From the IMG/VR virus record IMGVR_UViG_3300010883_000009, positions 1 to 64,000 of that record: a stretch of DNA of 64,000 nt; one strand, written 5' to 3'. The notes below the pieces were generated by a model. It saw nothing but the letters and a program-made list of their open reading frames with translations, was not told the origin of the DNA and did not search any database. Origin of the DNA: a virus. Shown one piece after another: positions 37,625 to 47,349 of the stretch (position 1 is the first letter of the stretch; every line of letters starts with the position of its first letter). Both the position numbers and the translations under genes were made by a program.

Positions 37625-37873
37625 TTATCGACTTACGTTCTGGAAATATTTTGTTACAGTATCAATTGGAGCATGACCTATTTGAATAAAAAACTTGTGA
37701 AATGCTGATGGATCTTGAGCAATTGCCTGAACAATACCTTGACTCCTGCCTAGTTGGTCGTAGCTTTCTACTGTTTCGGTCATAGATTGCCCAAAACAAA
37801 AATTGTAAAACCTAACCATTTCCGACTGTCTTTCATTAAAAGGCTCTTCCTGAGCTAATCTGTATATTTTCAT
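37625..37873 (-). CDS. Leader-bearing hypothetical protein (MKIYRLAQ)
   Basis: 82 aa; first gene after capsid terminator. Confidence 0.6.
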   Translation of the reverse strand: MKIYRLAQEEPFNERQSEMVRFYNFCFGQSMTETVESYDQLGRSQGIVQAIAQDPSAFHKFFIQIGHAPIDTVTKYFQNVSR

Positions 37874-37896
37874 ACTGTATTATACTTCTTCGGCAC

Positions 37897-37933
37897 AAAA
37901 AAGAACCCTCTAGGAAAAAACCTAGAGGGTTCC
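37897..37933 (-). terminator. Intrinsic terminator after major capsid gene (overlaps promoter motif 37883-37910)
   Basis: GAACCCTCTAGG-N6-CCTAGAGGGTTC followed by T6 on the minus strand. Confidence 0.8.
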
Positions 37934-37960
37934 TTAAAACTTTTAGTTAATCGTTACCGA

Positions 37961-38827
37961 TTAGCTGCCAGCCGTAACCGTTACCTTCGCCGTAGCGTAG
38001 GAGTTGATTACTACGATACCGACTTCCTCGTAGATAACCCATCCGAGACGAAGCTTCTTTGGATCGTCCGCTGGGAGAACGGTGATATCCTGACGAATCG
38101 GGAATGCACCAACGTACTCTGCGGGAGCGAGCAAGAAGACTGTATCAGTAGGGCACTTCGAAGAAACATGGATGTCAGCCGTGAACAAGTGTCCGAAGAG
38201 ACCTGTAGTCAAGACTTCCTTCTGTGTCGCTTCATCGTAAACGGTCTTACCGAAGTTACGGATGTCTGCGTAACGCAAAGCGTGGCAAACGATCTTTCCT
38301 ACAGTAAGGTCGTGCTGTTCGATAGTTGCGAATGCTTGGTTCAATGCGTTAAGCGTCAAAGCACCACCAGTCGAAACGACGGTATGTGCAGCGTCAACTG
38401 CGGCATTGATAGCGTTGAAGATGTTTAAGTCCTCTTCCTTCTGGATCGCTTCCTTCGCCTTGATCTGTGCTCTGTCTACAATGTAGAAACGACGAGCCTT
38501 GACTTCGGAAAGTCTGATCGTGGGGTTAGTTGCAATTTCGAACGTAGGTACGAGGATTTCCTCACCTTCTGTGATCATGTCAGGTACAGCGCCACGACGT
38601 GAAATGACGTGTGCGGTAGCTCTAACATCCTTCTCATAACGGGCATACGCGCCCTGAGGAAGTTCATCAACCATAAGCAATTTTCGGCCTACGGCTTGGT
38701 ATTCCAGCGCTCGACGGATAGGCTCCACCATTGCCTGTGCTAACGCAACTCGACCTTGGGGGGTATCCAACGCTTGAGCGATGAGACTTTCTCTCTCAGC
38801 ATTTACTGCTCTTTTGTCAATAGCCAT
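37961..38827 (-). CDS. Major capsid protein (HK97 fold)
   Basis: GRVALAQAMVEPIRRALEYQAVGRKLLMVDELPQG, VPTFEIATNP, GWVIYEEVG; strong RBS; order protease-decoration-capsid-terminator. Confidence 0.9.
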   Translation of the reverse strand: MAIDKRAVNAERESLIAQALDTPQGRVALAQAMVEPIRRALEYQAVGRKLLMVDELPQGAYARYEKDVRATAHVISRRGAVPDMITEGEEILVPTFEIATNPTIRLSEVKARRFYIVDRAQIKAKEAIQKEEDLNIFNAINAAVDAAHTVVSTGGALTLNALNQAFATIEQHDLTVGKIVCHALRYADIRNFGKTVYDEATQKEVLTTGLFGHLFTADIHVSSKCPTDTVFLLAPAEYVGAFPIRQDITVLPADDPKKLRLGWVIYEEVGIVVINSYATAKVTVTAGS

Positions 38828-38890
38828 TTTACTTTCTCCTTAAGTTGTTTTATAGGGGTTATAGCCTATAAAAAGAACTATTACTTAACC

Positions 38891-39403
38891 TTATATGGTT
38901 AGTTTAACTTCGATATAGGTGTTACTGTTTTCTCCACTAAGAGCCTGATCGCCGTTGGAGTCAACGCCCGGTACGCCCGAAGGATATGTACCAGCAGCTT
39001 TGATCAAACGACCAACTTCGCCCGAAGCGAATGAGTTTGTGGGGGACAATACACCGCTTACAGCGTAAAGAAGGTCACCGATAGTAGAAGAGGATACGTT
39101 TGCAAGGAACTGATCCGTTGCAAATTCACCACCACTATGGTAAACAGTCATTTTGCCAGAAGCTTTAGTTTCATCGAAATAATCCGATGCCCTATTTTGC
39201 CAGTCACCGGAAACTCCGGGCATGGCTGATGCGCTAGTTGATTTGGTGTCGCCTGCGATTCCGTAAGGAGCTGCATTCGTCGCACTTTGCAGTACAACTT
39301 CGCCAGATGAGTTCAAAGAAACAATCTGTCCTTCCTTAATAGTTTCGCCTGAAGCAACAGCCCTCTCAGCAGCAACAACGTGATATCTTTCTATAAGAGC
39401 CAT
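38891..39403 (-). CDS. Head decoration/cement protein
   Basis: Directly before MCP; PYGIAGD, SGKMTVYHSGGEFATDQF beta-tulip-like pattern. Confidence 0.7.
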   Translation of the reverse strand: MALIERYHVVAAERAVASGETIKEGQIVSLNSSGEVVLQSATNAAPYGIAGDTKSTSASAMPGVSGDWQNRASDYFDETKASGKMTVYHSGGEFATDQFLANVSSSTIGDLLYAVSGVLSPTNSFASGEVGRLIKAAGTYPSGVPGVDSNGDQALSGENSNTYIEVKLTI

Positions 39404-39559
39404 TTTATTTTCTCCTTTTAATTTGAGTTACTTCGCTTGAATTATTGGCGGATTGTTCTTCTTTTTATTAAAATCAGTTAATGCTGAATGAGTAAGTCGT
39501 TTTTTCTTCGTTTTAGTGCTATCGATTTGATTATGTGATTATGCCAATTTACGTTAAAC

Positions 39560-39588
39560 CTATTCTATAACTTTAGGTGAAATCCCTT
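39560..39588 (-). promoter_or_regulatory. Putative late promoter for decoration/MCP (AAGG-N19-GAATAG)
   Basis: Recurrent motif downstream of a terminator. Confidence 0.55.
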
Positions 39589-39617
39589 TTTTTAATTAGT
39601 AATTTTTACGGATACAG

Positions 39618-39645
39618 AAAAGCCCGTTCAAAAAATGAACGGGCT
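39618..39645 (-). terminator. Intrinsic terminator
   Basis: AGCCCGTTCA-N5-TGAACGGGCT plus T tract. Confidence 0.75.
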
Positions 39646-39663
39646 GCTTCTGCGTAACGTAAA

Positions 39664-42600
39664 TTACTTCTCTCCGTAGATCGTCAAATCCTTATCGAAC
39701 TTGGTATTGCCAATCGTGAAAGAATTTTCCAACTGACTTTGCAGATCATTTACTCCAGCAGTTACCATAGGAGTAGACTCCTGCACGATTGCAGGGATGC
39801 TGTAACCAGCTTCAACTGTCTGTCCTGACTGAGCTTCTGCTGTCTTAATAGTCGTCTCAGGGAACATACGATTCGCCATAACCTGAATCTGATCCGTCTC
39901 AAAGCCCATAAGAGCTTGTACGACAGTATCAAATGTATCCTTGTCCTTGGCGACTCGTTGATTCGCTACGAGCCATGCAGCCGTCTGAACCGCTTCGTTC
40001 TTGCGAGCTTGGGCGATTCTGTCAAGCTGTACCTGACGCTTCTGCTGTACCTGCTTTAGGATCTCGTCGTTAGTTCCGGGCATTCCCTTACCAGTATTGG
40101 CATGATCATATCCTTGCTGAACTTCCTTTTCGTGACCCATGTAAGCGTCTGATACAGGAACGTCTGGTCCATCTGCCTTGGGGTTGATGTTATCTGCGCC
40201 TTCGTTACCCATCTCAGCATTTGCTCGGGGTACATCGGGCTTAGCAGCAGGAACGTCGATGTTATCCGGTCCTTCGTTGCGGATTGTAGCGTCAGAGCGT
40301 GGAACGCCTGCTTCTACATCGCCTTCAACCGTATCAACTTCCTTCAACTTCTTTGCCTGCTTCTCTTGAGAAGCCTGCTTGATTTCATCATCACCTTCAG
40401 CAATGACGGTTCCCTTGATCTCGTTATTAATGGCAGGCATTCCCTTACCAGTATTGGCATGATCATATCCTTGCTGAACTTCCTTTTCGTGACCCATGTA
40501 GGAACTGTCTACGGGAGTCTCGGGGAGACCAGCCTTAGGATTGATGTTGTCTGCGCCTTCATTGCCAAGTTCGGCATTTGCGCGAGGAACATCGGGTTGC
40601 GCCATTGAGACATCAATGTTATCTGCGCTTTCATTTCTGATAGTCGCGTCAGATCTTGGGACTCCAGCTTCTACATTGCCTTCGATGTCCTTTACCTGTT
40701 TTGGGGTACTTGCCATCTTCAAAACCTCCTCATTAGTATTTCTAACTCTTTTGGAATTCATAGTCAAAGCTAGTCGCATTTCTTCCTCAGGGTCAATTTC
40801 TTCCTCTGAAGCTTCAACTTGAACTTCAACTGATGCTACAATGTTCTCTTTTTCAGAAGCAGACTCTTTTTTGTCATCGTCTTTGCCTTTGCCTTTGCAT
40901 TCGCAAGGATCACATTCGCATTTCTTGCAGCAATCCCCATCATCCTTGTCGCACTTGCAACTAGCTTTTGGGTTTTTGCAGTCATCGCAGAAGAAACCTT
41001 TAGCTTCAACAACGATTTCGTCCTCAACTTCTGCTTCAACTTCGATATAATCCGCAGGAGGAAGTTCGGTTCCGATATCCTCTTCGTCAGCCTGAGCTAA
41101 CTTCTGATGCTCTGCTTCGACCTCAGCAGATTTTTCTTCTGCCAAAATACGATCCAAAGTAGCTAAGTCGCCAGCCGTGATTCCATCTTCTCGACCCTCT
41201 TCGGCGTCATCTGAGAATGCCTGAGCGTAAACGTTCTGCATCCATTCAGAAGCGAAACGCTTCTTGATGCAGTTACAGATAGCCTCAGCTTCCTTCAAAG
41301 TATGCCCTTCGCTGTCGGTCTGATCCTCAATGCACTCGTCCCATGGGTCTTTCTCCATCGAAATAGAGGCAAGCTTGTTCAAGTGACGAATCTTTCGGAA
41401 TCCAAGCTTCTGAAGCTGTCCGCATACGCATTCAGCTAAAAGCTTACCTTTGCAAGGACCAAACGATGCAACCGTGTCGCCGCCATATCTGCGAGCTAAA
41501 CGTTCCATGCAAGCGCTTACGGGGAATTCGTCTGCATTTGCAGCAGCCGTCTTCAACATTTGAGCAACTCTGACCTCAGAAGCAAACTTAAGAGCCTCTT
41601 CCTTGCAGCTTTCGCAATTCTCAACGTCAGGGAAGAGATCCCATTGTACTCTGAGATAACCGACCTCTGGGTTGCTTGCGCTTACCATGAAGTCCTTCTC
41701 TACAGGAGTTCCGCATGCTGTGCAAGAGAACTCAGTATGACCATCTTCTTCTGCCGATGCTTCGCAGTTATCCTTGCCGCAAGCTGGGCAAACATGTCCG
41801 TGCTCTTCCTGATTCTTGGCGATACGAACAATCGCATCCTTGCCAAGGCTAGTCTGAGCCGCTACGGGCAATGCAGGAACCTCAGGAACTTCAGGAGCTT
41901 CAGGAGTATCAACTCCCTCTTCGCCTACGCTCTTAGTAGGTTTGATGATCTTGAATTCAACTTCCTTCTTGATAAGGGCTTCATATTCGGCTGTGCAAGC
42001 GTTGCATGTGCCATGAATATCTCCGCCTTCATTCGTAACGTCTACGTCGGTACTTCCGCACTCAGGACATACTGTCCAAGGCATCTGACGTTCGCCAGTC
42101 GTAGGAATGTCATCTTCTGCGCTTGTGTCTTCCGTTGTCAAAGCCTGTACGGGGTCTCCCTCCATAGGTGCTGGACCCGGCAAACCCTGTTCAGGTGCTG
42201 CGCCGCCTGCGCCGGGCATTCCGCCGCCCATAGGGGACTGTGCTTCTCGCGTCATCTTGTCCTTGGACGATGCCCAAGAGTTTTCAAGACCTTCGCCTGC
42301 CATATCGCCTTCAGGGACGGTTTCGGCAGGAGCATCAAGACCTTCAAGACCTTCGCCAATAGGAATCTCGGTTGTTCCTTCGCCCGTATCAATGTTGACC
42401 TCATTCTCTTCGGTGTCCGTTTGGACTGCGATTTGAATGGTGTCGCCGCTGATTGTTACGTTCGTAATGGAACCTAAACGAAGATTCTGAGAAGCGAGTG
42501 CGCCTTTCGTGAAAGCAACAACTGATGGCTTATTGTCGCCCAACTGTCCCGGCTCAACGCCCAACTCTTTAAAACTGGTTTCAATTACCGTGTCAGCCTC

Positions 42601-45258
42601 TCCAATCTCTTCCTTGTTGAGGATTTCCTGTTCTTGATCCTTAACGGAAGCGAGAAGATTCTCACGTTCTGAGTCTCTTTCTGCTCTCGAAGACTCAACA
42701 TCAACCTGAGGCTTCAACGCAGCGCGAAGTTCATCCTTACGGCTGACCTTAGCGGTTGTCTCTTCCTTGGCTGCTTCGAGCTTCTCTTCGACTAAAGAAG
42801 AAACGCTATCGATACCTTCCTGTCCTTCAGAAATGATATCTACGGCATCCATGAGAAGGTCAGGGTTGATTGTTTCGTCAGACGCATGAGCGCGAAGACT
42901 GTCTACGACAACCTCTGCAATCTCTTTAGTTCCAACGCTAGCAACCCTAAGATTCTTATTCTGCCAATAGGCAACTCTCTTTGCGTAATCGATATCTTCT
43001 CTTGATTTTGAATCTTCGAAAAGCGATACGCCCAAATTGTATCTACTTTCAAGCGAGTCAACCAAGGATGCTGCTACAGAACATGCTTCCTCGGGAGTAC
43101 AACCCGTCTTGATAGCGGACGAGGCCATAACATCAACTACCGTCTGCATATGCTCGGACGCGCTCTTGAACCTAGCTGCATCCCTTCCGGCGGCTCTCGC
43201 CCAAGGTGCTGCTACGTTACGAAGTTGATCCTCGGTAATTGTATTTGGCTCGTTATCAACGCGCTTGCCCTCATCAGGCAATTGCTGTTGTGTAATAGAG
43301 TGCTGGTCGCCTTCGATCCTATTATCGCCTTCCATTTGTCCTTCTTGGACTTGATCCGGAGCGTCACCCTCTCTTGGGTGCTGCTTCAATTCAGGATCAT
43401 CCAATTGACCTTCGGTGATCTCATTCTTTTCGCCCGAGCGCTTCTCTTCGAGTTGCTCTTGGGTAATAGAATGTTTTTCATCCTTCTGTCTGGCGTGATA
43501 AAGATCGGAACGCTCAAGCTGACCCTCTTGAACCTGATCTGGAGTCGTTGCTCCAGCTTCTTTGCTGATATCAGTCATCTTTTTTACTCCTTCTTTTGTA
43601 GTATTGAGATTATTCGCAAATGTATCCAATAACTTAATTGCTGCGTCTTTAGGGGAATCGATAATTTCTCCACGTTCTTGTTCTGTCAGGTCTTCATACG
43701 TCCAAACCTTTTTCGCAGAAGAGTCTTTATCTTCCGCGACGATGATGAACGAGTCATCACGTTTATTGACAGACAAGCGATGATCATTGTTTTGTATTGA
43801 TGGTACTTTCTTTATATACTCGAAAAAGGATTGTTTTTCCTCCCACGAATTTGATAGAACTTCAATAGCCTTCTTTTTTTGTGCTTGCTTCTCAGCAATT
43901 GTTCGTCTTGCTCCCATCTCTGTTTCTCCTGTTTTGTTGATTCTTTCACAAATATTCGATGCATTTCTTACAATTGCTTTTCCGTCCGCTACGCGCTGTT
44001 CAAAGGGAACGTCCTTAATTGCGCAGCTTATATCTGAGACTCTCTGAATTGAACGACTGTCCTGAACATCCGATGTTCTCGGCTTAACAGGAGCAGTAAT
44101 AGGTAAATTTGGGGAAGATGTTGCTGGTGAAGCAGGAGATCCCGAAATACTACCCACTCCCGCCGTAGATTCCGCAGCAGGCATAGCCGATGGCATTCCT
44201 CCGGGCGCAGGCGGCATACCTTCAGGCATAGGTGGTTCTGCTCCAACTGGTCCAGCCCCGCCTTCTTCTAGATTTCCAACAGTTCCCGGTACTTCATCGC
44301 CCATGTTCCCGTATCCTGCTCCTACCAATTCTTCCATCCAAGTCTGAAGATCAGACATAATCTGCACCAAATCGCTAGAAAACTCCATTTCGACTTGTTG
44401 ACGATTTTGAATAAGGTTGATAGCAATTTGTTCCAATATCTCTAGACATTGTTCAATTTGATCAATTTCTTCTTGGCTGGCTTCCTTCTCAATAGCCGCA
44501 GTACGAACCATTCGAAGCTCGTTCTCTATGGACGCAACCTTAGCTAAGAAGTTTTCGTTAGGAATAATGCCCTCAATATGACAATTCGGGCAGGCAGGAT
44601 CAACTACAGCGCTCAACTCAATAAACTTGAGTCCGTAGTTGAATTCAAATACATCTTGATCCTTAAAAGACTTTTCTTCACCAGTTTTAACGTCTCTGGC
44701 TCGACCTGTAAATGTTCTTCCCTTGCGGTTACGAATATGCGTACAATAATCTTCGGTACGCTCAGCTTGGTTATTGCAAATATTACAAACGCTGTATTCA
44801 ACCGAACAACCCATGCTGACGCCGGTTACATACTCTTCCTCGATTGAACGACAAATATGCGGATATGCATCTCTATCAATAAAACAGATAGTGTAGATTG
44901 CCTGCTCTTCAGGGACAGCTTCAGCAAAAATAACCTTCCCGCGAGCATTCTCTACGTTCTGATTATCATGGTTGGTGAAAAAAGGAACGCCTTCAAAGCT
45001 CTTGTATGCGGAAAGAAGTTCGTCCCATGAAAAATAATCGCCGTTAGTATTAGGGCAATCGGCTTCAATAGCTTTAGCACGGAAGAACAAAGCATTGGGA
45101 TGCTTCTTTATCTCGGCTTCAACGATTTTCGCCTTATCAGAACCGGGTTCAACAATAACCCTACCTGATGCTGTACGCATCATTCGGTCACCGTCTTCAT
45201 TCGCACCCACTAATGGGTTAATGTCTGTAAAGTTAAAAGATGCTTCTTTTACTATCAT
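39664..45258 (-). CDS. Prohead maturation protease fused to a very long scaffold/core region
   Basis: NGDYF, FFTNH (His), GVSMGC (Ser), CNIC...CTH, FIELSAVVDPA; acidic repeat-rich remainder; position between portal and MCP. Confidence 0.8.
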   Translation of the reverse strand: MIVKEASFNFTDINPLVGANEDGDRMMRTASGRVIVEPGSDKAKIVEAEIKKHPNALFFRAKAIEADCPNTNGDYFSWDELLSAYKSFEGVPFFTNHDNQNVENARGKVIFAEAVPEEQAIYTICFIDRDAYPHICRSIEEEYVTGVSMGCSVEYSVCNICNNQAERTEDYCTHIRNRKGRTFTGRARDVKTGEEKSFKDQDVFEFNYGLKFIELSAVVDPACPNCHIEGIIPNENFLAKVASIENELRMVRTAAIEKEASQEEIDQIEQCLEILEQIAINLIQNRQQVEMEFSSDLVQIMSDLQTWMEELVGAGYGNMGDEVPGTVGNLEEGGAGPVGAEPPMPEGMPPAPGGMPSAMPAAESTAGVGSISGSPASPATSSPNLPITAPVKPRTSDVQDSRSIQRVSDISCAIKDVPFEQRVADGKAIVRNASNICERINKTGETEMGARRTIAEKQAQKKKAIEVLSNSWEEKQSFFEYIKKVPSIQNNDHRLSVNKRDDSFIIVAEDKDSSAKKVWTYEDLTEQERGEIIDSPKDAAIKLLDTFANNLNTTKEGVKKMTDISKEAGATTPDQVQEGQLERSDLYHARQKDEKHSITQEQLEEKRSGEKNEITEGQLDDPELKQHPREGDAPDQVQEGQMEGDNRIEGDQHSITQQQLPDEGKRVDNEPNTITEDQLRNVAAPWARAAGRDAARFKSASEHMQTVVDVMASSAIKTGCTPEEACSVAASLVDSLESRYNLGVSLFEDSKSREDIDYAKRVAYWQNKNLRVASVGTKEIAEVVVDSLRAHASDETINPDLLMDAVDIISEGQEGIDSVSSLVEEKLEAAKEETTAKVSRKDELRAALKPQVDVESSRAERDSERENLLASVKDQEQEILNKEEIGEADTVIETSFKELGVEPGQLGDNKPSVVAFTKGALASQNLRLGSITNVTISGDTIQIAVQTDTEENEVNIDTGEGTTEIPIGEGLEGLDAPAETVPEGDMAGEGLENSWASSKDKMTREAQSPMGGGMPGAGGAAPEQGLPGPAPMEGDPVQALTTEDTSAEDDIPTTGERQMPWTVCPECGSTDVDVTNEGGDIHGTCNACTAEYEALIKKEVEFKIIKPTKSVGEEGVDTPEAPEVPEVPALPVAAQTSLGKDAIVRIAKNQEEHGHVCPACGKDNCEASAEEDGHTEFSCTACGTPVEKDFMVSASNPEVGYLRVQWDLFPDVENCESCKEEALKFASEVRVAQMLKTAAANADEFPVSACMERLARRYGGDTVASFGPCKGKLLAECVCGQLQKLGFRKIRHLNKLASISMEKDPWDECIEDQTDSEGHTLKEAEAICNCIKKRFASEWMQNVYAQAFSDDAEEGREDGITAGDLATLDRILAEEKSAEVEAEHQKLAQADEEDIGTELPPADYIEVEAEVEDEIVVEAKGFFCDDCKNPKASCKCDKDDGDCCKKCECDPCECKGKGKDDDKKESASEKENIVASVEVQVEASEEEIDPEEEMRLALTMNSKRVRNTNEEVLKMASTPKQVKDIEGNVEAGVPRSDATIRNESADNIDVSMAQPDVPRANAELGNEGADNINPKAGLPETPVDSSYMGHEKEVQQGYDHANTGKGMPAINNEIKGTVIAEGDDEIKQASQEKQAKKLKEVDTVEGDVEAGVPRSDATIRNEGPDNIDVPAAKPDVPRANAEMGNEGADNINPKADGPDVPVSDAYMGHEKEVQQGYDHANTGKGMPGTNDEILKQVQQKRQVQLDRIAQARKNEAVQTAAWLVANQRVAKDKDTFDTVVQALMGFETDQIQVMANRMFPETTIKTAEAQSGQTVEAGYSIPAIVQESTPMVTAGVNDLQSQLENSFTIGNTKFDKDLTIYGEK
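40079..40500. repeat. Internal tandem duplication, period 357 bp (119 aa)
   Basis: 65-bp identical segments at 40079-40143 and 40436-40500 within a longer diverged repeat. Confidence 0.85.
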
Positions 45259-46958
45259 AACGTTGTCCTTCCTTGATACTTTTTAATTACCCGTTCAATC
45301 CCCCAAGCACTTTTACCCTTGCCTTGACTTCGTAAATCTTTAGCAATTTTTTGCAATGCTCCAAGCGTCCTTGTCAGAGTAACCTTCTCTTCTTCCGCTT
45401 CTTCCTGCTGTTCTTCGCCGTCTTGAGGCGGAGTTTTCACGGAAGGTCTATCAACCTCTATATTTTCAATTCCTTCAGAAGGTACTTCGCCTGTATCTTC
45501 TACTAACAGTTGTTCTTCATCTTCTACTAACAGTTGTTCTTCATTTTGTGGGATAAATCCTTCTCCGGATCTCATTTGAGTTAGATCTAGACTTGTCATA
45601 TTCACATTAGTTGGCATCTCGAACATAGATGGTATCATAACGAGTTTAGCCCTAGACACTGGGTCAATCTCTGTGGACTGTACCTCTGCGAACCTCAAAG
45701 CGGCAATTTTCAAAGCAGTTTCCATGTCATCGAAACCCTGCCTCATTTCAACTAAATTATTAGCAAACTCTCCCACCATCTCTTCATAACCCTTGACCTG
45801 TTGAACGTTACCATCCGCATCATGACTCTCTTGAAACGTCCGCACTTGTTGAAGCCAATGAGTAACAATGTCAGGCGTAAAAAGTCCCTGAGCTTTGCCT
45901 TTCTTTTTTGGGCGTTTATTGTTAAGACCTTGAGCTATTGACTCCGGATCATCGCTACCTGTCTCAACAATAATCTCACAAATCTCTTTCATAAGCTTGA
46001 TCATTTGAGTTTGTTCTCGGGAAGGCTTAAGCGCTTCAGATCTCTGGCTTCCTGAACGGCGAGGTTTCATAATATCTTCAGCCAAAGGATTAACCTGCGC
46101 AAATTGTTCAGAAACTTCTTGAGCGAAGTCGTTGTCCATTTTTGCTGCTTCTAAAATTTGATCTTCAGGGATACCTCTGCGACCCGCTACTGCCTGAATA
46201 ATCCCTTTGAGTTGCTCTTCTTGTTGGTTATTCTCTGCAACTCGCATAAGTAGCTTGAAAACCCCCTGAGGTTTAATCATAAAATAACTACCTACGCCCA
46301 TAGCTGTTCGATAAGGTGGATCGTTACCTTCATCTAATGACTTCTGATAATCATTAGCCGCCAAAAATTCAGGAGTCATATCTATCAACTCGTAATCTTC
46401 TCCCGGCGTTCCTTTGCCAGAACCAGTTCGCTGACGTACCTGAAGCAAAAAATCGTCTGGAGCAACAACTTCACCCAATCTAGCAACTCCAAGATCATCA
46501 GTAATCTTTTTGTAAGCAGAATGCCCCATCAAAAACTTATTCCAAAGAGTCAAAAGATTTCTAGAATCAGTACTAGGATAACGCATGGTAAAGTAACCAA
46601 ACTTATTCTCTTCATCTTCTTGTTTAGTACCTACATATGGTCCTACGCCAACCATATAGGCACCATATGCGGGATGATATCCCACATTCATGCTATAGAA
46701 CTCTTTAACCTGTTCAGGATTGACTTGGTATCGTTCTGCAAATGTATCAACATAATCTTGATACTCAGATTGGACATGATGGATGATTTTTTCGAGCGAG
46801 GGATTTTTGGCGACTAATTGATTCCACTTTTCATCTTGTCCGCTCAAAATATTATCGAGTGTGAACCATTCATATTCAGGACGGTACGACTGCCAATCCC
46901 ATCCCATAGCAAATCGATGAAGGTTGAATCGAGCTTTACTTGTCATCTTTCTTTTCAT
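45255..46958 (-). CDS. Hypothetical head-associated protein (567 aa)
   Basis: RFNLHRFA near start, LQKIAK near end; ATGA overlap with protease gene. Confidence 0.55.
   Translation of the reverse strand: MKRKMTSKARFNLHRFAMGWDWQSYRPEYEWFTLDNILSGQDEKWNQLVAKNPSLEKIIHHVQSEYQDYVDTFAERYQVNPEQVKEFYSMNVGYHPAYGAYMVGVGPYVGTKQEDEENKFGYFTMRYPSTDSRNLLTLWNKFLMGHSAYKKITDDLGVARLGEVVAPDDFLLQVRQRTGSGKGTPGEDYELIDMTPEFLAANDYQKSLDEGNDPPYRTAMGVGSYFMIKPQGVFKLLMRVAENNQQEEQLKGIIQAVAGRRGIPEDQILEAAKMDNDFAQEVSEQFAQVNPLAEDIMKPRRSGSQRSEALKPSREQTQMIKLMKEICEIIVETGSDDPESIAQGLNNKRPKKKGKAQGLFTPDIVTHWLQQVRTFQESHDADGNVQQVKGYEEMVGEFANNLVEMRQGFDDMETALKIAALRFAEVQSTEIDPVSRAKLVMIPSMFEMPTNVNMTSLDLTQMRSGEGFIPQNEEQLLVEDEEQLLVEDTGEVPSEGIENIEVDRPSVKTPPQDGEEQQEEAEEEKVTLTRTLGALQKIAKDLRSQGKGKSAWGIERVIKKYQGRTTL
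45495..45544. repeat. 24-bp perfect tandem duplication (EEQLLVED x2)
   Basis: atcttctactaacagttgttcttc twice. Confidence 0.85.
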
Positions 46959-47349
46959 TAGCTTCTTTCCATTTATCTACCTTGCCTTTAATGCCGAATA
47001 GCTGGGCAGAAGTATAAGGCTTCAATTCTCTTGGGGTATCTACTCCCCAAGTTTCCTTAGCATAACGAGCGGCGGCATCCATGCTGTCAAAGTACTTGCC
47101 GCCTGCTGAAAAAGTAGCTGGTAAACGTCTAACTCCCGCAAAAAATTTAGCTCGGGGTTTATGGACTTGAGCAGGACCAATAATGCAGTAATACCCTACA
47201 CTTTCGTCTGACTTACCTTCGAAACGAAAATAACTGCCGGGTCCAACTACATCCTCAAACATGTCCTTAAGGAACTGAGTTTTTTGAGTGTAGACTTGTT
47301 TCCAGCCGATATGCTTTTCGACCAATTTTTCTCTAGATAATTTTTCCAT
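46936..47349 (-). CDS. Hypothetical protein
   Basis: GAGG RBS before ATG 47349. Confidence 0.55.
   Translation of the reverse strand: MEKLSREKLVEKHIGWKQVYTQKTQFLKDMFEDVVGPGSYFRFEGKSDESVGYYCIIGPAQVHKPRAKFFAGVRRLPATFSAGGKYFDSMDAAARYAKETWGVDTPRELKPYTSAQLFGIKGKVDKWKEANEKKDDK

Noticed and set aside
13252-37873. MKIYRLA leaders as Sec signal peptides
   Set aside because: No hydrophobic h-region follows; the residues after the Ala are polar or acidic.
37961-38827. Encapsulin (Linocin M18) nanocompartment
   Set aside because: Portal, prohead protease, decoration, neck and tail genes flank it, so it is a viral capsid.
39404-39663. tRNA or structured ncRNA in the larger intergenic gaps
   Set aside because: No cloverleaf or T-loop context seen; the gaps are explained by terminator, promoter and AT-rich leader.
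40079-40500. Diversity-generating retroelement template/variable repeat pair
   Set aside because: Both copies are in frame within one gene, differences are not adenine-specific, and no reverse transcriptase is present.
41560-43632. Long plus-strand ORFs (305 aa, 160 aa) and many similar antisense ORFs across the window
   Set aside because: They are shadows of real minus-strand genes, with no RBS and no recognisable motifs.
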